Shown here piece after piece: positions 1-9,643 of a stretch of DNA of 64,000 nucleotides. How positions within the stretch are numbered: position 1 is the first letter of the stretch; every line of letters begins with the position of its first letter. The position numbers and the translations under genes are program-made. Source of the DNA: Candidatus Latescibacterota bacterium (GTDB lineage: Bacteria > Latescibacterota > UBA2968); assembly GCA_965205975.1 (NCBI GenBank), contig OZ242195.1, positions 5,344,001-5,408,000 on the forward strand, in the 5' to 3' direction. Below the pieces are notes generated by a model that saw only the letters and a list, made by a program, of their open reading frames with translations, did not search any database and had not been told where the DNA came from.

Positions 1-289
1 CTAGTGTGGAAGAAATTTGAATCTCGCCCCATTGAGGTTCCCCACCGTATATTCCTACAAAAATTGCATTAAACATACGCTCTTCTTGATTTTGTAAATA
101 TGTTGCTATCTCTTGAGCATGTTTTCCGCTTAGGGCACGTTGAATCCACTCGCTTAAACGTTTACTCTTGTAAATCTCCTCCGTGGGACGTATCCACTGG
201 GATATGTCTTTAAAAGACATAAATGTAACATAGTAAATCCAGTCGCCCATGCGACATCTAAGAGCGGGAAATATAGCAGAATCTGGCAT
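1..289 (-). CDS. DGQHR-domain / DndB-like protein, N-terminal part (runs off the window edge; not in the ORF track)
   Basis: Manual translation from ATG at 289: MPDSAIFPALRCRMGDWIYYVTFMSF...LSEWIQRAL...IATYLQNQEERMFNAIFVGIYGGEPQW, open to the edge. The QR and FN-x-I/V-G motifs resemble DGQHR/DndB N-termini; the DGQHR motif itself lies outside the window. Confidence 0.7.
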   Translation of the reverse strand, partial: MPDSAIFPALRCRMGDWIYYVTFMSFKDISQWIRPTEEIYKSKRLSEWIQRALSGKHAQEIATYLQNQEERMFNAIFVGIYGGEPQWGEIQISSTL

Positions 290-305
290 TTTTTTCTCAC
301 GAATT

Positions 306-803
306 TCAGCTTAATGCAGCAGTAACAAATGGTTGGATTTCAGCAGGGAAACGGCTATTAAATGGTGGAATTAATGCTATTAAGAGATCATCTTCTACAT
401 TTTTAATCAGGTTTTCATCTTCTATTGGGGCATAGACAAAGTAAAGATGTTCAGACCATTTGGTAAGCATTTCCGTAACTAGCGGTCTGGGTTTTCTTTC
501 GTGTGGCTCTCGTAAGTATCGTCGGTATCTAGCACGAAAGTTTTCTTCTGTCATTCCAATGTATAAAGGATATGCCAATAAAGGATGATTCGCAATACCT
601 GGTTGAACAATAAAAGAATAAATGCCTTTCTTGTCAGTGGGCAGCAAAGTCGCATTTTCAGTATTAAATTTTACCACTTTCCACTCCAACGTAACGCGAT
701 TTGGATATTCCTCCCATTGATCCGGGTGTAAAATTAATCTGGTGATACGATATTTTCTGAAATCCGCAGTTTCCTGTTCAAAATTTGGAAGATCAAAAGC
801 CAT
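306..803 (-). CDS. GIY-YIG nuclease family protein
   Basis: KKGIYSF...PLYIGMT...FRARYRRY, helix Glu (VEDDLL), C-terminal PPFN. Confidence 0.75.
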   Translation of the reverse strand: MAFDLPNFEQETADFRKYRITRLILHPDQWEEYPNRVTLEWKVVKFNTENATLLPTDKKGIYSFIVQPGIANHPLLAYPLYIGMTEENFRARYRRYLREPHERKPRPLVTEMLTKWSEHLYFVYAPIEDENLIKNVEDDLLIALIPPFNSRFPAEIQPFVTAALS

Positions 804-829
804 TTTAAGCCGATGTTTAGTATGAATTT

Positions 830-1237
830 TTAAAGAAGGTCCACTAAATTCCAGAGGTTTTGATCATTTGCGTTCGATAGCCTTGACTCCAATGCCATGA
901 TTCCAGCATTCGCATATTCCTCCACTGCTGTCAAAACATCTTCCTGCCTCATCAGCACATCTACATCTCCACTATCTGCAATTGCCATCGCTTTAATCAG
1001 TGGAATATCAGTTTGCGATGAAAATTGTGCCCATCTAAAAATAATTGTGCGTTTGCCGCGAATAGGTTTGCGTTCGCTTTGCTGATAACCCAGACAGGCG
1101 GCCCACATAAACACGTCCTTCATGGTTTGAAATGGCACATCAACTGGGTCACTGCCTTCGGTTAATCGCTTGTAGATGTCGTGAAAAGAATCATCAATGT
1201 TCACTGTATCCCGGACGATGCGTTCCTCGTTCATCAT
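830..1237 (-). CDS. PbeD-like / DNA phosphorothioation-associated protein 4-like
   Basis: F-x-TMKDVFMWAACLG and VEEYANAG motifs; start overlaps the stop of the upstream ATPase. Confidence 0.65.
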   Translation of the reverse strand: MMNEERIVRDTVNIDDSFHDIYKRLTEGSDPVDVPFQTMKDVFMWAACLGYQQSERKPIRGKRTIIFRWAQFSSQTDIPLIKAMAIADSGDVDVLMRQEDVLTAVEEYANAGIMALESRLSNANDQNLWNLVDLL

Positions 1238-3174
1238 GAGACCTCAACAATTTTTGTGCAACTGGTGTCGTGATCAAAGTTGAGACTATATTCTACGCCA
1301 ATACGAGCTTTAAGATTTTTGCGTGCCTGACCGCGCAATTCTTCATCAGTCACAAACAAGACAAGTTGTTCAGACAAATCGGGTAAATGTTCCGTGATAT
1401 TATTTCGGTGTTGAGACGATAGACGACCAAATGGTGTATCCATCACAAGGGGAGCTTTTCCATCGCTGATGCGCGACATCGCTGTAATAAATGACAAACT
1501 CAAAATTTGACGCTCACCTGCTGAAAATTCTGACCTTGATGGGGTACCATAGCGATCAATCACTTCCAAATTGAAATTTTTGTCTAAAAGCACATCTTGG
1601 AAATGATTTTCTTTCCACGCAAGCCGTTTAAAAATTTCTCTGGTCTTAGTTTCGATATTTCGGCGATTTGCATCTGCAAAACGGTCATACATGTCGTCAA
1701 TACTGTCAGCGGCTTTTTGGGCCAGATTCATTTTTATTTCGAAAAACTGTGCCCGAGATTCCTCCTTTTTTGCTTGACTGATTTGCTTGTCTAATTTCTC
1801 AATTTGTTGTGATAGTGTTTTGATACGTTCCTCAAGCCCACCCTTATCCAGGTTGTATCTATCAATGTCTGCCTGAAATTCTGTGCGTTGCGCTTCTAAT
1901 TTCCTCACGTCTTCGACTGGTGAACCTTTGAGTTGGTTCTGTATTTCGTCCAACTCGGCTTCATGTGAATGGATCTCTTCAATCAAGCTTGAACGTTTTT
2001 GCCTGGCCTGATCTAAATCTTGTCGGTGGCGTTCAACCCGTTCTTTAAAGAGTAGTAAGGCAGCTTGCGTATTCATGACATTATCTTCCAATGTACTGGG
2101 TAACTGGCTTTTCAGCAAGACCAGCAATTGATTGTGCTCAGGGCTACCATCCGTTATAGGACGCCCACAAATGCATTTCATTTGATCAATTAAATCTTTG
2201 ACAAATGGTTCGCGAATACCGCTTGGAAGTTCCCCGCGTTTTCTTTTTCCTTCCAAAATATGCAATGCCTTTTCAATAGCCTGATATGCGGTTACAAAAT
2301 GTCCACCAGACGCCAAATCGCGGATTTGGACAGTTACTTTATTTAATTCTTCACGATGATATTGAAGAAATTCTTTAAGATCGTCGCGTCGTTGTTGTAG
2401 GGGTTTCGCATTTTCCATTTCGCGAAGACGGGCACTAATGTCTTTTATTTTTTTTTGAGCAGAAGCTATTGCTTCCTCTATTTCTCCGCGACGCTCTCTC
2501 GCTTTTTCCCGCTCTGCACGGGCTTTTTCATCATCTTTAATTAATTCTTTAAGTTCATCGTCTGCATATTCTCTCAACTTACTGCGATTTCTCCTGGCGG
2601 TTTCTTCCAGATGTCGCTTTGCTCGATCTAAAATCTCCAGTTTAAAAATCAGATAGATGGCGTCTTTAACCTCTTTGGCGGCTTCTGGTCTGGCAAAATT
2701 GTCGATTTTTTCGCCATCAAAAAAAAAGTAAGTTCGCACGTTTGAAGGAAGAATGGTATTTATTGTGCGAATGGGATTGGTGACACGCAAAGACTGCCCA
2801 TCAGCACCTGTGCGTAGCATGGTAAATGTGGGCTCAGATTCCGTTTCACAGGTTCCGTTTTTTTGTTTTCGGCCAGTTAAGATGCGACGAACCAGATATC
2901 GCTCACCCTCGTGAAAAAAGGTCAATTCTATAGTGGTTTGGACTTGTTCGTTCACCTTTGCCCGGCTGATAGCCTCTTTGCTAATCAATTCACCGACAGT
3001 ATCCACCCCTTCACCATACAGGCACCAGTTAAGAGCGAGAAAGAGAGATGTTTTTCCCGCGCCATTGACGCCGTGAAGAACGGTTATATTTTGTTTGTTG
3101 CCATGTGCAAACTGAAGTCGTTGTCGGCCATAATATTGACGAAAGTTATCCAATGTCATGGAATCCAAAATCAT
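1234..3174 (-). CDS. SMC/Rad50-like ABC ATPase (DndD-like; PbeC-like)
   Basis: LDNFRQYYG start, Walker A GVNGAGKT, FFFDGE, long coiled coil with central CICG, signature FSAGERQ, Walker B LVMDTPFGRL. Confidence 0.85.
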   Translation of the reverse strand: MILDSMTLDNFRQYYGRQRLQFAHGNKQNITVLHGVNGAGKTSLFLALNWCLYGEGVDTVGELISKEAISRAKVNEQVQTTIELTFFHEGERYLVRRILTGRKQKNGTCETESEPTFTMLRTGADGQSLRVTNPIRTINTILPSNVRTYFFFDGEKIDNFARPEAAKEVKDAIYLIFKLEILDRAKRHLEETARRNRSKLREYADDELKELIKDDEKARAEREKARERRGEIEEAIASAQKKIKDISARLREMENAKPLQQRRDDLKEFLQYHREELNKVTVQIRDLASGGHFVTAYQAIEKALHILEGKRKRGELPSGIREPFVKDLIDQMKCICGRPITDGSPEHNQLLVLLKSQLPSTLEDNVMNTQAALLLFKERVERHRQDLDQARQKRSSLIEEIHSHEAELDEIQNQLKGSPVEDVRKLEAQRTEFQADIDRYNLDKGGLEERIKTLSQQIEKLDKQISQAKKEESRAQFFEIKMNLAQKAADSIDDMYDRFADANRRNIETKTREIFKRLAWKENHFQDVLLDKNFNLEVIDRYGTPSRSEFSAGERQILSLSFITAMSRISDGKAPLVMDTPFGRLSSQHRNNITEHLPDLSEQLVLFVTDEELRGQARKNLKARIGVEYSLNFDHDTSCTKIVEVS

Positions 3175-3196
3175 TTTTTATAATCCTATCTGTTGA

Positions 3197-3391
3197 TCAT
3201 TTGGTCTCTTGTTCTGCTACATGAGAGACAATCGTATCAATTTGGTCTTGAACGCGCGGGCGTGCCCATGAGATATATTCCAGTTCTAACATTAGTACCT
3301 CTTGGATAACGGTCTTGACATCTTCATCACAATTGGCAAACCATTGTTCGAGAAGAGTCGTTGTAACATCAGCAGGTGGATGGGAGGGCAT
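3197..3391 (-). CDS. small hypothetical protein, PbeB-like by position
   Basis: 64 aa ORF tightly packed between helicase and ATPase, preceded by AAGGA; assignment is by synteny only. Confidence 0.55.
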   Translation of the reverse strand: MPSHPPADVTTTLLEQWFANCDEDVKTVIQEVLMLELEYISWARPRVQDQIDTIVSHVAEQETK

Positions 3392-3403
3392 TTTATTTTA
3401 TCC

Positions 3404-5467
3404 TTAAAAATCCATAAGACCGTATCGCTTGGCTATTTTCCAAATCACGTCTATGGCTCGATGTTTGTTTTTAGCTGGACCAGCAAATTCTTTGAAACGC
3501 TGGAGTTCTTTGCGTATGAGACTGCGTTCAGCGTCAAAAGAAACGCCAGATGGCGTACCGGACCAGGCATTGGGAGGGACTGTAATTAAATCGTGAACAA
3601 CAGAAAAATCCTTCCCTGGTGCTTGGCGTAGAATACGCCCACGTCGTTGAATAAACTCTCTTGGATTGCTACTGCTGGCCAAAAGATACGCCGTTTTTGT
3701 GCTTGGCACATCCACACCTTCATCCAAACACTTCATTGCTACAAGGCCCTGCAATAAGCCTTTTTCAAAGTCTTCTAATCGCTGTCTGCGATCTTTTGTG
3801 TCTTCTTCAGCAGTAAAACGTTGAACAAAAAGTCCTTTTTGGTTTCCAAGTAATGTGAGGACCTCCTGCATTTGACCGGGGGCGCAGTAAAACAAAGTAT
3901 GCTTAATATCTGATTGCTGATCAATGAGACCAGATAGAACTACGAGCTTGTTTTCTGCGCGATTTAGCAACTGAGCTCTGCGTATCAACATCATCTTTAG
4001 CGCGTTTTGACCAGATTCATCTTCTCGACCCATTAAACGGGCAATTTTGACAGTGATATCTTCGTATTGTTCCAATTCTTCATCCGTTAAGGGAACAAGA
4101 CGGGGATAATAATAATAGGGAGTCAGGCAAACGCCAATTGCTTTTTCAAGAGGAAAGGAAAATGCTGTTTCGCCAAAATAATCTCGTAAAGTATGTGTTC
4201 CTTCTTCATCAAACCACCGGTCTGGTGTGGCTGATAGAGCGAGCCGGAAGGGAATGTGGTTGGGATAATTTTGCTGACTTTGCTCTGCCCCCAGATGGTG
4301 TGCCTCATCGGCAATCAGCAAAGCGGGGCCATCGAAACGTCCAATTGCCTCCTGAAATTCCGGTGATATGAATGTTTGATGCGTTGTGATAACAGAAATA
4401 AATTGTCGGTATCCCGCGTTGTAATCCCTGACGTCTGTATTTAATTTGTTTAGCCATTGACGTTTACTTCGATATGCAAGTACTGGTCTGTATCCAAATG
4501 CTTGCGCCTCCTTATTCCATTGGTCAACCAGATGCTGGTATGGGACGGCGAGGATAACAGCCAGTCGTTTTTCTTGTTCAAACAAACGGACAGACGCGGC
4601 CAATGACGTGATGGTTTTCCCGCTACCAGTCGCCATTTCCAAAAATCCCTGACATTTGTAATCAAACCACGCATCAACAGCCTCTGTTTGATAATCTCTG
4701 AGTTTAAGATTTTCTGGCAAGACCGGTTTGGCAGGTGAATAATGTATTCTGCTCCCATCCTGTGCCATCCATTGAGGTTTAGGATAGGGTCTATCAAATT
4801 TCCGCAGTTTGAGAATTTGTTCTTTTGCAGCTTCCGGAAGATCAAATACTCTTACATTTCCGTCTTGATTATTCCAGAGCCTTTCAAAGCGTTCAACATC
4901 GTCAGCTACCAGTTCTTCAAAAGCCGGATCCCATCCCCGGAAAATTTTAATAGATTCGTAATTTCGCGTGCCTTGAATACTGTCGTTATACGAGCCATTA
5001 AAGCTGATTTGATTGCCATTGATGTCAGTGAAAATGCCAAATTTATCGTGAAATTCTCCTTGTTCGAGTTTATTCCTTGGAAGTGCCAATTTGAATGATA
5101 AAATACCATCTGCAACCATCCAGGCGAGCGCAGATAAGGAATTTTTTTTCAGTGCTCTTTCAAGATCGGAGATATTGCGTTGCAAAGACGCCCGCAAGAC
5201 AGGGTCGTATTTGGCTTCATCGCCTATCCTTAATGCTTCCCAATCTTCTTCACTCAAAATAGGACTTGTAACCCACCGAGCTTTTCCCCCGTTCGCCGCA
5301 AATGCGATTAAACCTTTGGATGTAATTCTTATCCAGCCCGAACTGAAAAATCCAACGCCACGATCATATCGGCAAGCAGCACTTAAGGCAGGTACAAAAA
5401 AGTCCTCAGTAAGATCAGAGGAAGATGTGTCGAGCCTGTTGGAGAAATTGAGGTCTGTTAAGTTCAT
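3404..5467 (-). CDS. PLD-like domain + SF2 DEAD/DEAH helicase (PbeA-like / dnd-system restriction helicase)
   Basis: YDRGVGFFSS, HKD-type FHDKFGIFTD..FNGSYN; helicase motifs ATGSGKT, DEAHH, SATP, DEGVDVP, QRRGRILR. Confidence 0.85.
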   Translation of the reverse strand: MNLTDLNFSNRLDTSSSDLTEDFFVPALSAACRYDRGVGFFSSGWIRITSKGLIAFAANGGKARWVTSPILSEEDWEALRIGDEAKYDPVLRASLQRNISDLERALKKNSLSALAWMVADGILSFKLALPRNKLEQGEFHDKFGIFTDINGNQISFNGSYNDSIQGTRNYESIKIFRGWDPAFEELVADDVERFERLWNNQDGNVRVFDLPEAAKEQILKLRKFDRPYPKPQWMAQDGSRIHYSPAKPVLPENLKLRDYQTEAVDAWFDYKCQGFLEMATGSGKTITSLAASVRLFEQEKRLAVILAVPYQHLVDQWNKEAQAFGYRPVLAYRSKRQWLNKLNTDVRDYNAGYRQFISVITTHQTFISPEFQEAIGRFDGPALLIADEAHHLGAEQSQQNYPNHIPFRLALSATPDRWFDEEGTHTLRDYFGETAFSFPLEKAIGVCLTPYYYYPRLVPLTDEELEQYEDITVKIARLMGREDESGQNALKMMLIRRAQLLNRAENKLVVLSGLIDQQSDIKHTLFYCAPGQMQEVLTLLGNQKGLFVQRFTAEEDTKDRRQRLEDFEKGLLQGLVAMKCLDEGVDVPSTKTAYLLASSSNPREFIQRRGRILRQAPGKDFSVVHDLITVPPNAWSGTPSGVSFDAERSLIRKELQRFKEFAGPAKNKHRAIDVIWKIAKRYGLMDF

Positions 5468-5673
5468 ATTTGTTTATTCAGCCTTCTGCGCGATTCCATT
5501 GCAGCCTTGCTTATCTCAGAGACGCTTTTCTCTGGCCAGAGGTTTTGCTGCCATTTCGTATAATCGAATGGCTCTCGCAAGATCAAGCTGATGAATTTCT
5601 CAGCTTCAACAATACCCAGAGCATCTACCAGGGCGTGTAGTCCATTTACTCGTATTTCAGTATCTGTTCTCAT
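5464..5673 (-). CDS. small conserved protein resembling antitoxins found beside PIN toxins
   Basis: MRTDTEIR..GL.AL...LG.VEAEKFI.LI.REPFDYTKWQ; ATG at 5673; stop overlaps helicase start (ATGA). Confidence 0.6.
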   Translation of the reverse strand: MRTDTEIRVNGLHALVDALGIVEAEKFISLILREPFDYTKWQQNLWPEKSVSEISKAAMESRRRLNKQI

Positions 5674-5919
5674 ATCCGATCTCGCGGACACTTAAATTAT
5701 GGGGATTATATATGTAAGTGCCGTACGCGTATTATTTATCGCCCCTTTTGTGTTCTTGGCACTGTCTCTTTTATCAGCACTAGACTAGGGGGAAAGCCTT
5801 CTAGTGCATCGTGGCAAAAAAGGTTCCTTGTATGATCAGCATTGCTTATCTTTGTGTGTCCGCCAAGCCTTCAGATAAAATTCGATCCCGTTTATAGTGC
5901 CTGTCTCATCGAGGTGTCC

Positions 5920-6426
5920 ATGCCCGGTTATTACAAAAAAGCCAGCCCGTTGCCCATCAGCGTGATGCAACGTAGCGTCTTAGAACACATTGTCCAACGC
6001 CATACCAGTCGCCAAGACCATGCCCGCCGTGCGCGTATGATCCTGTTAAGCAGTGAAGGGTTAGGCATCGGTCAAGTCAGCGCACAAGTCGGCGCAGATC
6101 CAAAGACAGTTTCTACCTGGCGCAAGCGTTGGCTGGCAGGTTATGAGGCTCTCAAAGCGATGGAAGCCGAGGGCGATAGCCGTGCCTTGTCCGATGCGGT
6201 CTTATCCCTCCTATCGGATGCGCCCCGTCCAGGTACGCCTGTGAGGTATTCGGCACAGGTGGTCACAAAGATTGTGGCCCTCTCCTGTGAAGCCCCCAAA
6301 GCGTGTGGGTATCCCATCAGCCATTGGACGCCTCAAGTCTTGCGTGAAGCAGTCATCGCCCGCGGCATCGTCCCTGACATTTCCCTTCGCAGTGTGGGAC
6401 GTTTTTTAAAAAGAGGCCGATCTTAA
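5920..6426 (+). CDS. IS630 transposase OrfA (HTH part)
   Basis: RRARMILL, TVSTWRKRW, LSDAPRPGTP, SHWT; GAGGTG RBS before ATG 5920. Confidence 0.85.
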   Translation: MPGYYKKASPLPISVMQRSVLEHIVQRHTSRQDHARRARMILLSSEGLGIGQVSAQVGADPKTVSTWRKRWLAGYEALKAMEAEGDSRALSDAVLSLLSDAPRPGTPVRYSAQVVTKIVALSCEAPKACGYPISHWTPQVLREAVIARGIVPDISLRSVGRFLKRGRS

Positions 6427-7171
6427 GCCGCATCAAGTCCGGTATTGGGCGCGTCCTCCTGATGAAGATAAAGAAGCCTTTTACGAGGCAAGTGAAAAGG
6501 TCTGTGCCTTATATCAATCTGCTCTTGACCTTCACGAAGAAGGTGTGCATGTCATCAGCACAGATGAAAAAACGGGCATACAGGCCAAAGAACGTGCCAA
6601 ACCCACCCTACCGATGAAGCAGGGACGGGTTGAACATCAGGAGTTTGAATACAAAAGACATGGCACCTGTTGCTTGATTGGCAATTTTGAAGTCGCCACA
6701 GGGCAGGTGATTGCCCCAACCTTATCCCTAACACGAACAGAGAAAGATTTTAAGACGCACATCCAACAGACCTTTGCACAAGACCCAAAAGGTGAGTGGG
6801 TCTTTGTCGTGGATCAACTCAATACCCATAAATCGGAAGCCTTAGTCCGATGGGTGGCTGATGTGTGCGACATTCAAGACGATTTAGGGGAAAAAGGCAA
6901 ATACGGGATTCTAAAATCTATGCAAACCCGGGCCGACTTCCTCAGCAATCAAGCCCACCGAGTGCGCTTTGTTTATACCCCTAAACACGCCTCGTGGCTC
7001 AATCAGATTGAATGCTGGTTTTCTATTCTCGTGCGACGCCTACTCAAAAGAGGGAGTTTTACCTCTGTCCAAGACCTCCAGCAATCGCTTTTGGATTTCA
7101 TTGCCTTTTTCAACAAAACCATGGCCAAACCGTTTAAATGGACCTATACCGGAAGACCCCTTAATCTATAA
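6413..7171 (+). CDS. IS630 transposase OrfB (DDE_3 catalytic part), reached by frameshift
   Basis: Frame reads EADLKPHQVRYW..., STDEKTGIQA, EYKRHGT, VDQLNTH, YTPKHASWLNQIECWF, PFKW. Confidence 0.88.
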   Translation, partial: EADLKPHQVRYWARPPDEDKEAFYEASEKVCALYQSALDLHEEGVHVISTDEKTGIQAKERAKPTLPMKQGRVEHQEFEYKRHGTCCLIGNFEVATGQVIAPTLSLTRTEKDFKTHIQQTFAQDPKGEWVFVVDQLNTHKSEALVRWVADVCDIQDDLGEKGKYGILKSMQTRADFLSNQAHRVRFVYTPKHASWLNQIECWFSILVRRLLKRGSFTSVQDLQQSLLDFIAFFNKTMAKPFKWTYTGRPLNL

Positions 7172-7196
7172 CACCAATGACTTTTGCCACGATGCA

Positions 7197-7623
7197 CTAG
7201 ACTTCTGTCACAGTCCACTAGCCACTGCCCTCTTTGCCCTACATCGGGCACCCTTTCGTTCCATCCCTGCCTCGCTGTCGTGTTCGTAGGCCCTATTACA
7301 CATTCGCCTATCTCGGTGTGTTGTCTTTTAACTTCGCCATCGCAGTCATAGTCGAAAGAGCCGTCACCTCTATCTTTGTCAAAGAAATTCTTTTGTCCAG
7401 GCTTAACCTCTGCGTTGCTGTCATAACAGTCATCGCCATTTTTCACATAGCCACTGGGTGCCCAAAACCACCATATATATTGCTCTGGATCGCCGTAGCC
7501 GTCCCCGTCACTGTCTTTATGCCAAACAGGCATCACCGCAATAAGTAACGCCAAAAAGGCGATTATCACTCCTATAACTGCGGAATGCTCCCTTATCCAA
7601 GAATAAAAACTGGTTCGATTCAT
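7197..7623 (-). pseudogene. membrane-anchored protein with putative metal-binding (MopE-like) motif, interrupted by IS630; 3' remnant at 5736-5804
   Basis: N-terminal TM, DSDGDGYG...GYV..GDDCYDSNAEVKPG, FDYDCDG. Removing the IS restores an in-frame tail SLEGFPPSLVLIKETVPRTQKGR-stop. Confidence 0.7.
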
Positions 7624-7644
7624 TGTGTATCCTTTCATAAATTA

Positions 7645-8505
7645 TCAATCATCCCCCAATAACTTCTGGGCATTTTGATAAGTTATCTTGTCGAATGCGT
7701 CTTTTGGCAGGTTCAGACGCTGTAGATAATCCATCAGGCGCGTGTCGAAATAATCCCGTCCAAATAACAGACTGTCTTGAAAATCGATCAAGAATTGCCT
7801 GCCAAACGCTTCGTCTCTGCTGATTGCGGTCAGTCCCGATCCCGCGGAGAGGTCGGCGTATAGATTGTCGTATTTTTTGAGCATCTGAGGCACTTTGCCG
7901 CCCGGTTCAACCGGACCTTTGGGATACGCTTCTTTGTCGAACTTGCCGTCGCCGGAAATGTGTGCCCAGAATCCCGGTGCATGGCCGATGAAGTTGGTTT
8001 CAGGACATGCGATAATCGCGCGTTCAAATGCTTCGATGCTGCCGCCATACCACCAGTTTGGCCGCGGGTAATCCCCGTGTCCGTGATCGATGGGATAGTC
8101 GAGATGGATGGTGATCGGCAGGCCCAGGTCACCGCAGACGTGATAGAGTCTGAGGGCATCCGGATCGTCAAATACCACCCGCACTTTTAGTTCGCTGGCA
8201 ACCCGAATCCCGTGAATTTCTACGGCTGCTTTCAAGCGGTCAATTGCGTCGGGCCGCTTTGGGTGTGGCATGTATCCCAGTACAAATCGGTCGGGGGCTG
8301 TGCGCCCTACCTGTATCACGTCTTCGAGGGGGATGCACACGCCGGTTGGGGGCAATACATTGTGATAACTGGGGCTGTATTCGTCTTCTGGCGCTTCCCA
8401 GGAAAATAGCCATAGCTGGTCGATGTTTTGCTCGTCCATGTTTTTCAATATTTTTTCGGCGTTGAATCCGTGCCAGTTTGGGTGATTGTGCGCGTCGATT
8501 AACAT
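7645..8505 (-). CDS. amidohydrolase family protein (Amidohydro_2)
   Basis: IDAHNH, ELK, PITIH, FIGH, LYADLSAGSG, LLFGRD, NAQKLL. Confidence 0.85.
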   Translation of the reverse strand: MLIDAHNHPNWHGFNAEKILKNMDEQNIDQLWLFSWEAPEDEYSPSYHNVLPPTGVCIPLEDVIQVGRTAPDRFVLGYMPHPKRPDAIDRLKAAVEIHGIRVASELKVRVVFDDPDALRLYHVCGDLGLPITIHLDYPIDHGHGDYPRPNWWYGGSIEAFERAIIACPETNFIGHAPGFWAHISGDGKFDKEAYPKGPVEPGGKVPQMLKKYDNLYADLSAGSGLTAISRDEAFGRQFLIDFQDSLLFGRDYFDTRLMDYLQRLNLPKDAFDKITYQNAQKLLGDD

Positions 8506-8536
8506 GGGATATTCCTTTCGTGGGTTTTTCGTCTCG

Positions 8537-8568
8537 CTTCACACTTCACACTTCATCCTTCACACTTC
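8537..8568. repeat. short heptamer tandem repeat (CTTCACA)n
   Basis: cttcacacttcacacttcatccttcacacttc in the intergenic space. Confidence 0.6.
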
Positions 8569-9642
8569 TCAAACCAGATATGCGCCATCCCGGATGATTT
8601 GGCGTGTTTTCCCGGTTGCTGAAATCAACAGGAGTGACGCCACTTGAATCGGGCTGTCTTTGGCATAGACGATGTCTTCGTGAACAATATGTGCGGGGGA
8701 TTTGAATTGTTCTGGTCCAATTGTGCCGCCGAGATGTTCGCTGCGTCCATAAGCCCAGTGAAAGCCCGCTTTTTCATCTTCTAAGACATTGCCCCAAACA
8801 ACGGCTTTGGGATTGCATCCCAGGGCGAGTTCGGCGATGTTGCCGCGCGTCGGGTCTTCCTCGAAATAGGCTTTGAAGCTCGCGGCCTGTATTGTTTTGC
8901 CCGCGACATCTACTATCCGATTGTTTTCGACCCGAAATACGATGACGTCGCCGTTGTCACTGACGGGTATTTCGCCTTCCGTGCGACTCGGTTCGCCCTT
9001 TCTTTCTCCTTCATAGGGGACCTGGAAACTCTCTCCGCTCGGCAAGTTGATAATGGGAAATGCCGAGTTTGCTTTTTCTCGGGGCAGTTGCCCGTCGTCT
9101 TTGTGGGCTTCTCCGTAGCGCAGGTCAACGGTCCATTTGTGGCCGGTTGAAAAAATAACCCGTGCGTATTCTGCTTCGGAAAGTGCGTCCATTAATATCT
9201 GGCAGCGGCGCGCCACTTCGGTATAATCCGCAGAGAGCGCGGTTTCTTCCATGCGTCGGGCAACGCCTGGCAATGATGCGGCGCGAAAATCATTGTGTGA
9301 ACGCGCCCACATAGATAGGGGCGCGGTGGCGGAGAATTGCGTGAGTGCATTTACTATCGTTGCTTGCGTCAGGCCGTCGCGCAAGGGGATGGGGTCGCCT
9401 TTGTCGAGGGGCAAATTGCCATTGTGCGCGCCGGTCGCGGGAAAGGTGATGAGCGGCAATACGTCAAAGCCGATTTGTTCGCCGAGGGATATCCAGGCCG
9501 CACGCCATTCGGCGGCCATTTCTCTGCGCTCGCGCCAGGTCTCGCTATCGCGCAGTTCACCGTGCGGGACATCGGCAATGACGGCTACTGTTTCATCGAA
9601 TTCGGGATGAAATACATCTGTGAATAATTTGTGTAGGTCCAT
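8569..9642 (-). CDS. aminopeptidase-like metallopeptidase (M29-related)
   Basis: NLPSGE, NIAELALGCN, LEDEK..FHWAYGRS.H.GG, HEDIV. Confidence 0.7.
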   Translation of the reverse strand: MDLHKLFTDVFHPEFDETVAVIADVPHGELRDSETWRERREMAAEWRAAWISLGEQIGFDVLPLITFPATGAHNGNLPLDKGDPIPLRDGLTQATIVNALTQFSATAPLSMWARSHNDFRAASLPGVARRMEETALSADYTEVARRCQILMDALSEAEYARVIFSTGHKWTVDLRYGEAHKDDGQLPREKANSAFPIINLPSGESFQVPYEGERKGEPSRTEGEIPVSDNGDVIVFRVENNRIVDVAGKTIQAASFKAYFEEDPTRGNIAELALGCNPKAVVWGNVLEDEKAGFHWAYGRSEHLGGTIGPEQFKSPAHIVHEDIVYAKDSPIQVASLLLISATGKTRQIIRDGAYLV

Positions 9643-9643
9643 T

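Larger units (their letters stand above)
5802..7199 (+). mobile_element. complete IS630-family insertion sequence
   Basis: Inverted ends TAGTGCATCGTGGCAAAA (5802) / TTTTGCCACGATGCACTA (7199) in CTAG context at both junctions; encloses HTH and DDE ORFs. Confidence 0.92.

Noticed and set aside
1234..3174. Call as housekeeping SbcC/Rad50, or as DndD of a complete dnd operon
   Set aside because: No SbcD/Mre11 partner and no dndC/dndE adjacent; the context fits a Pbe-like module
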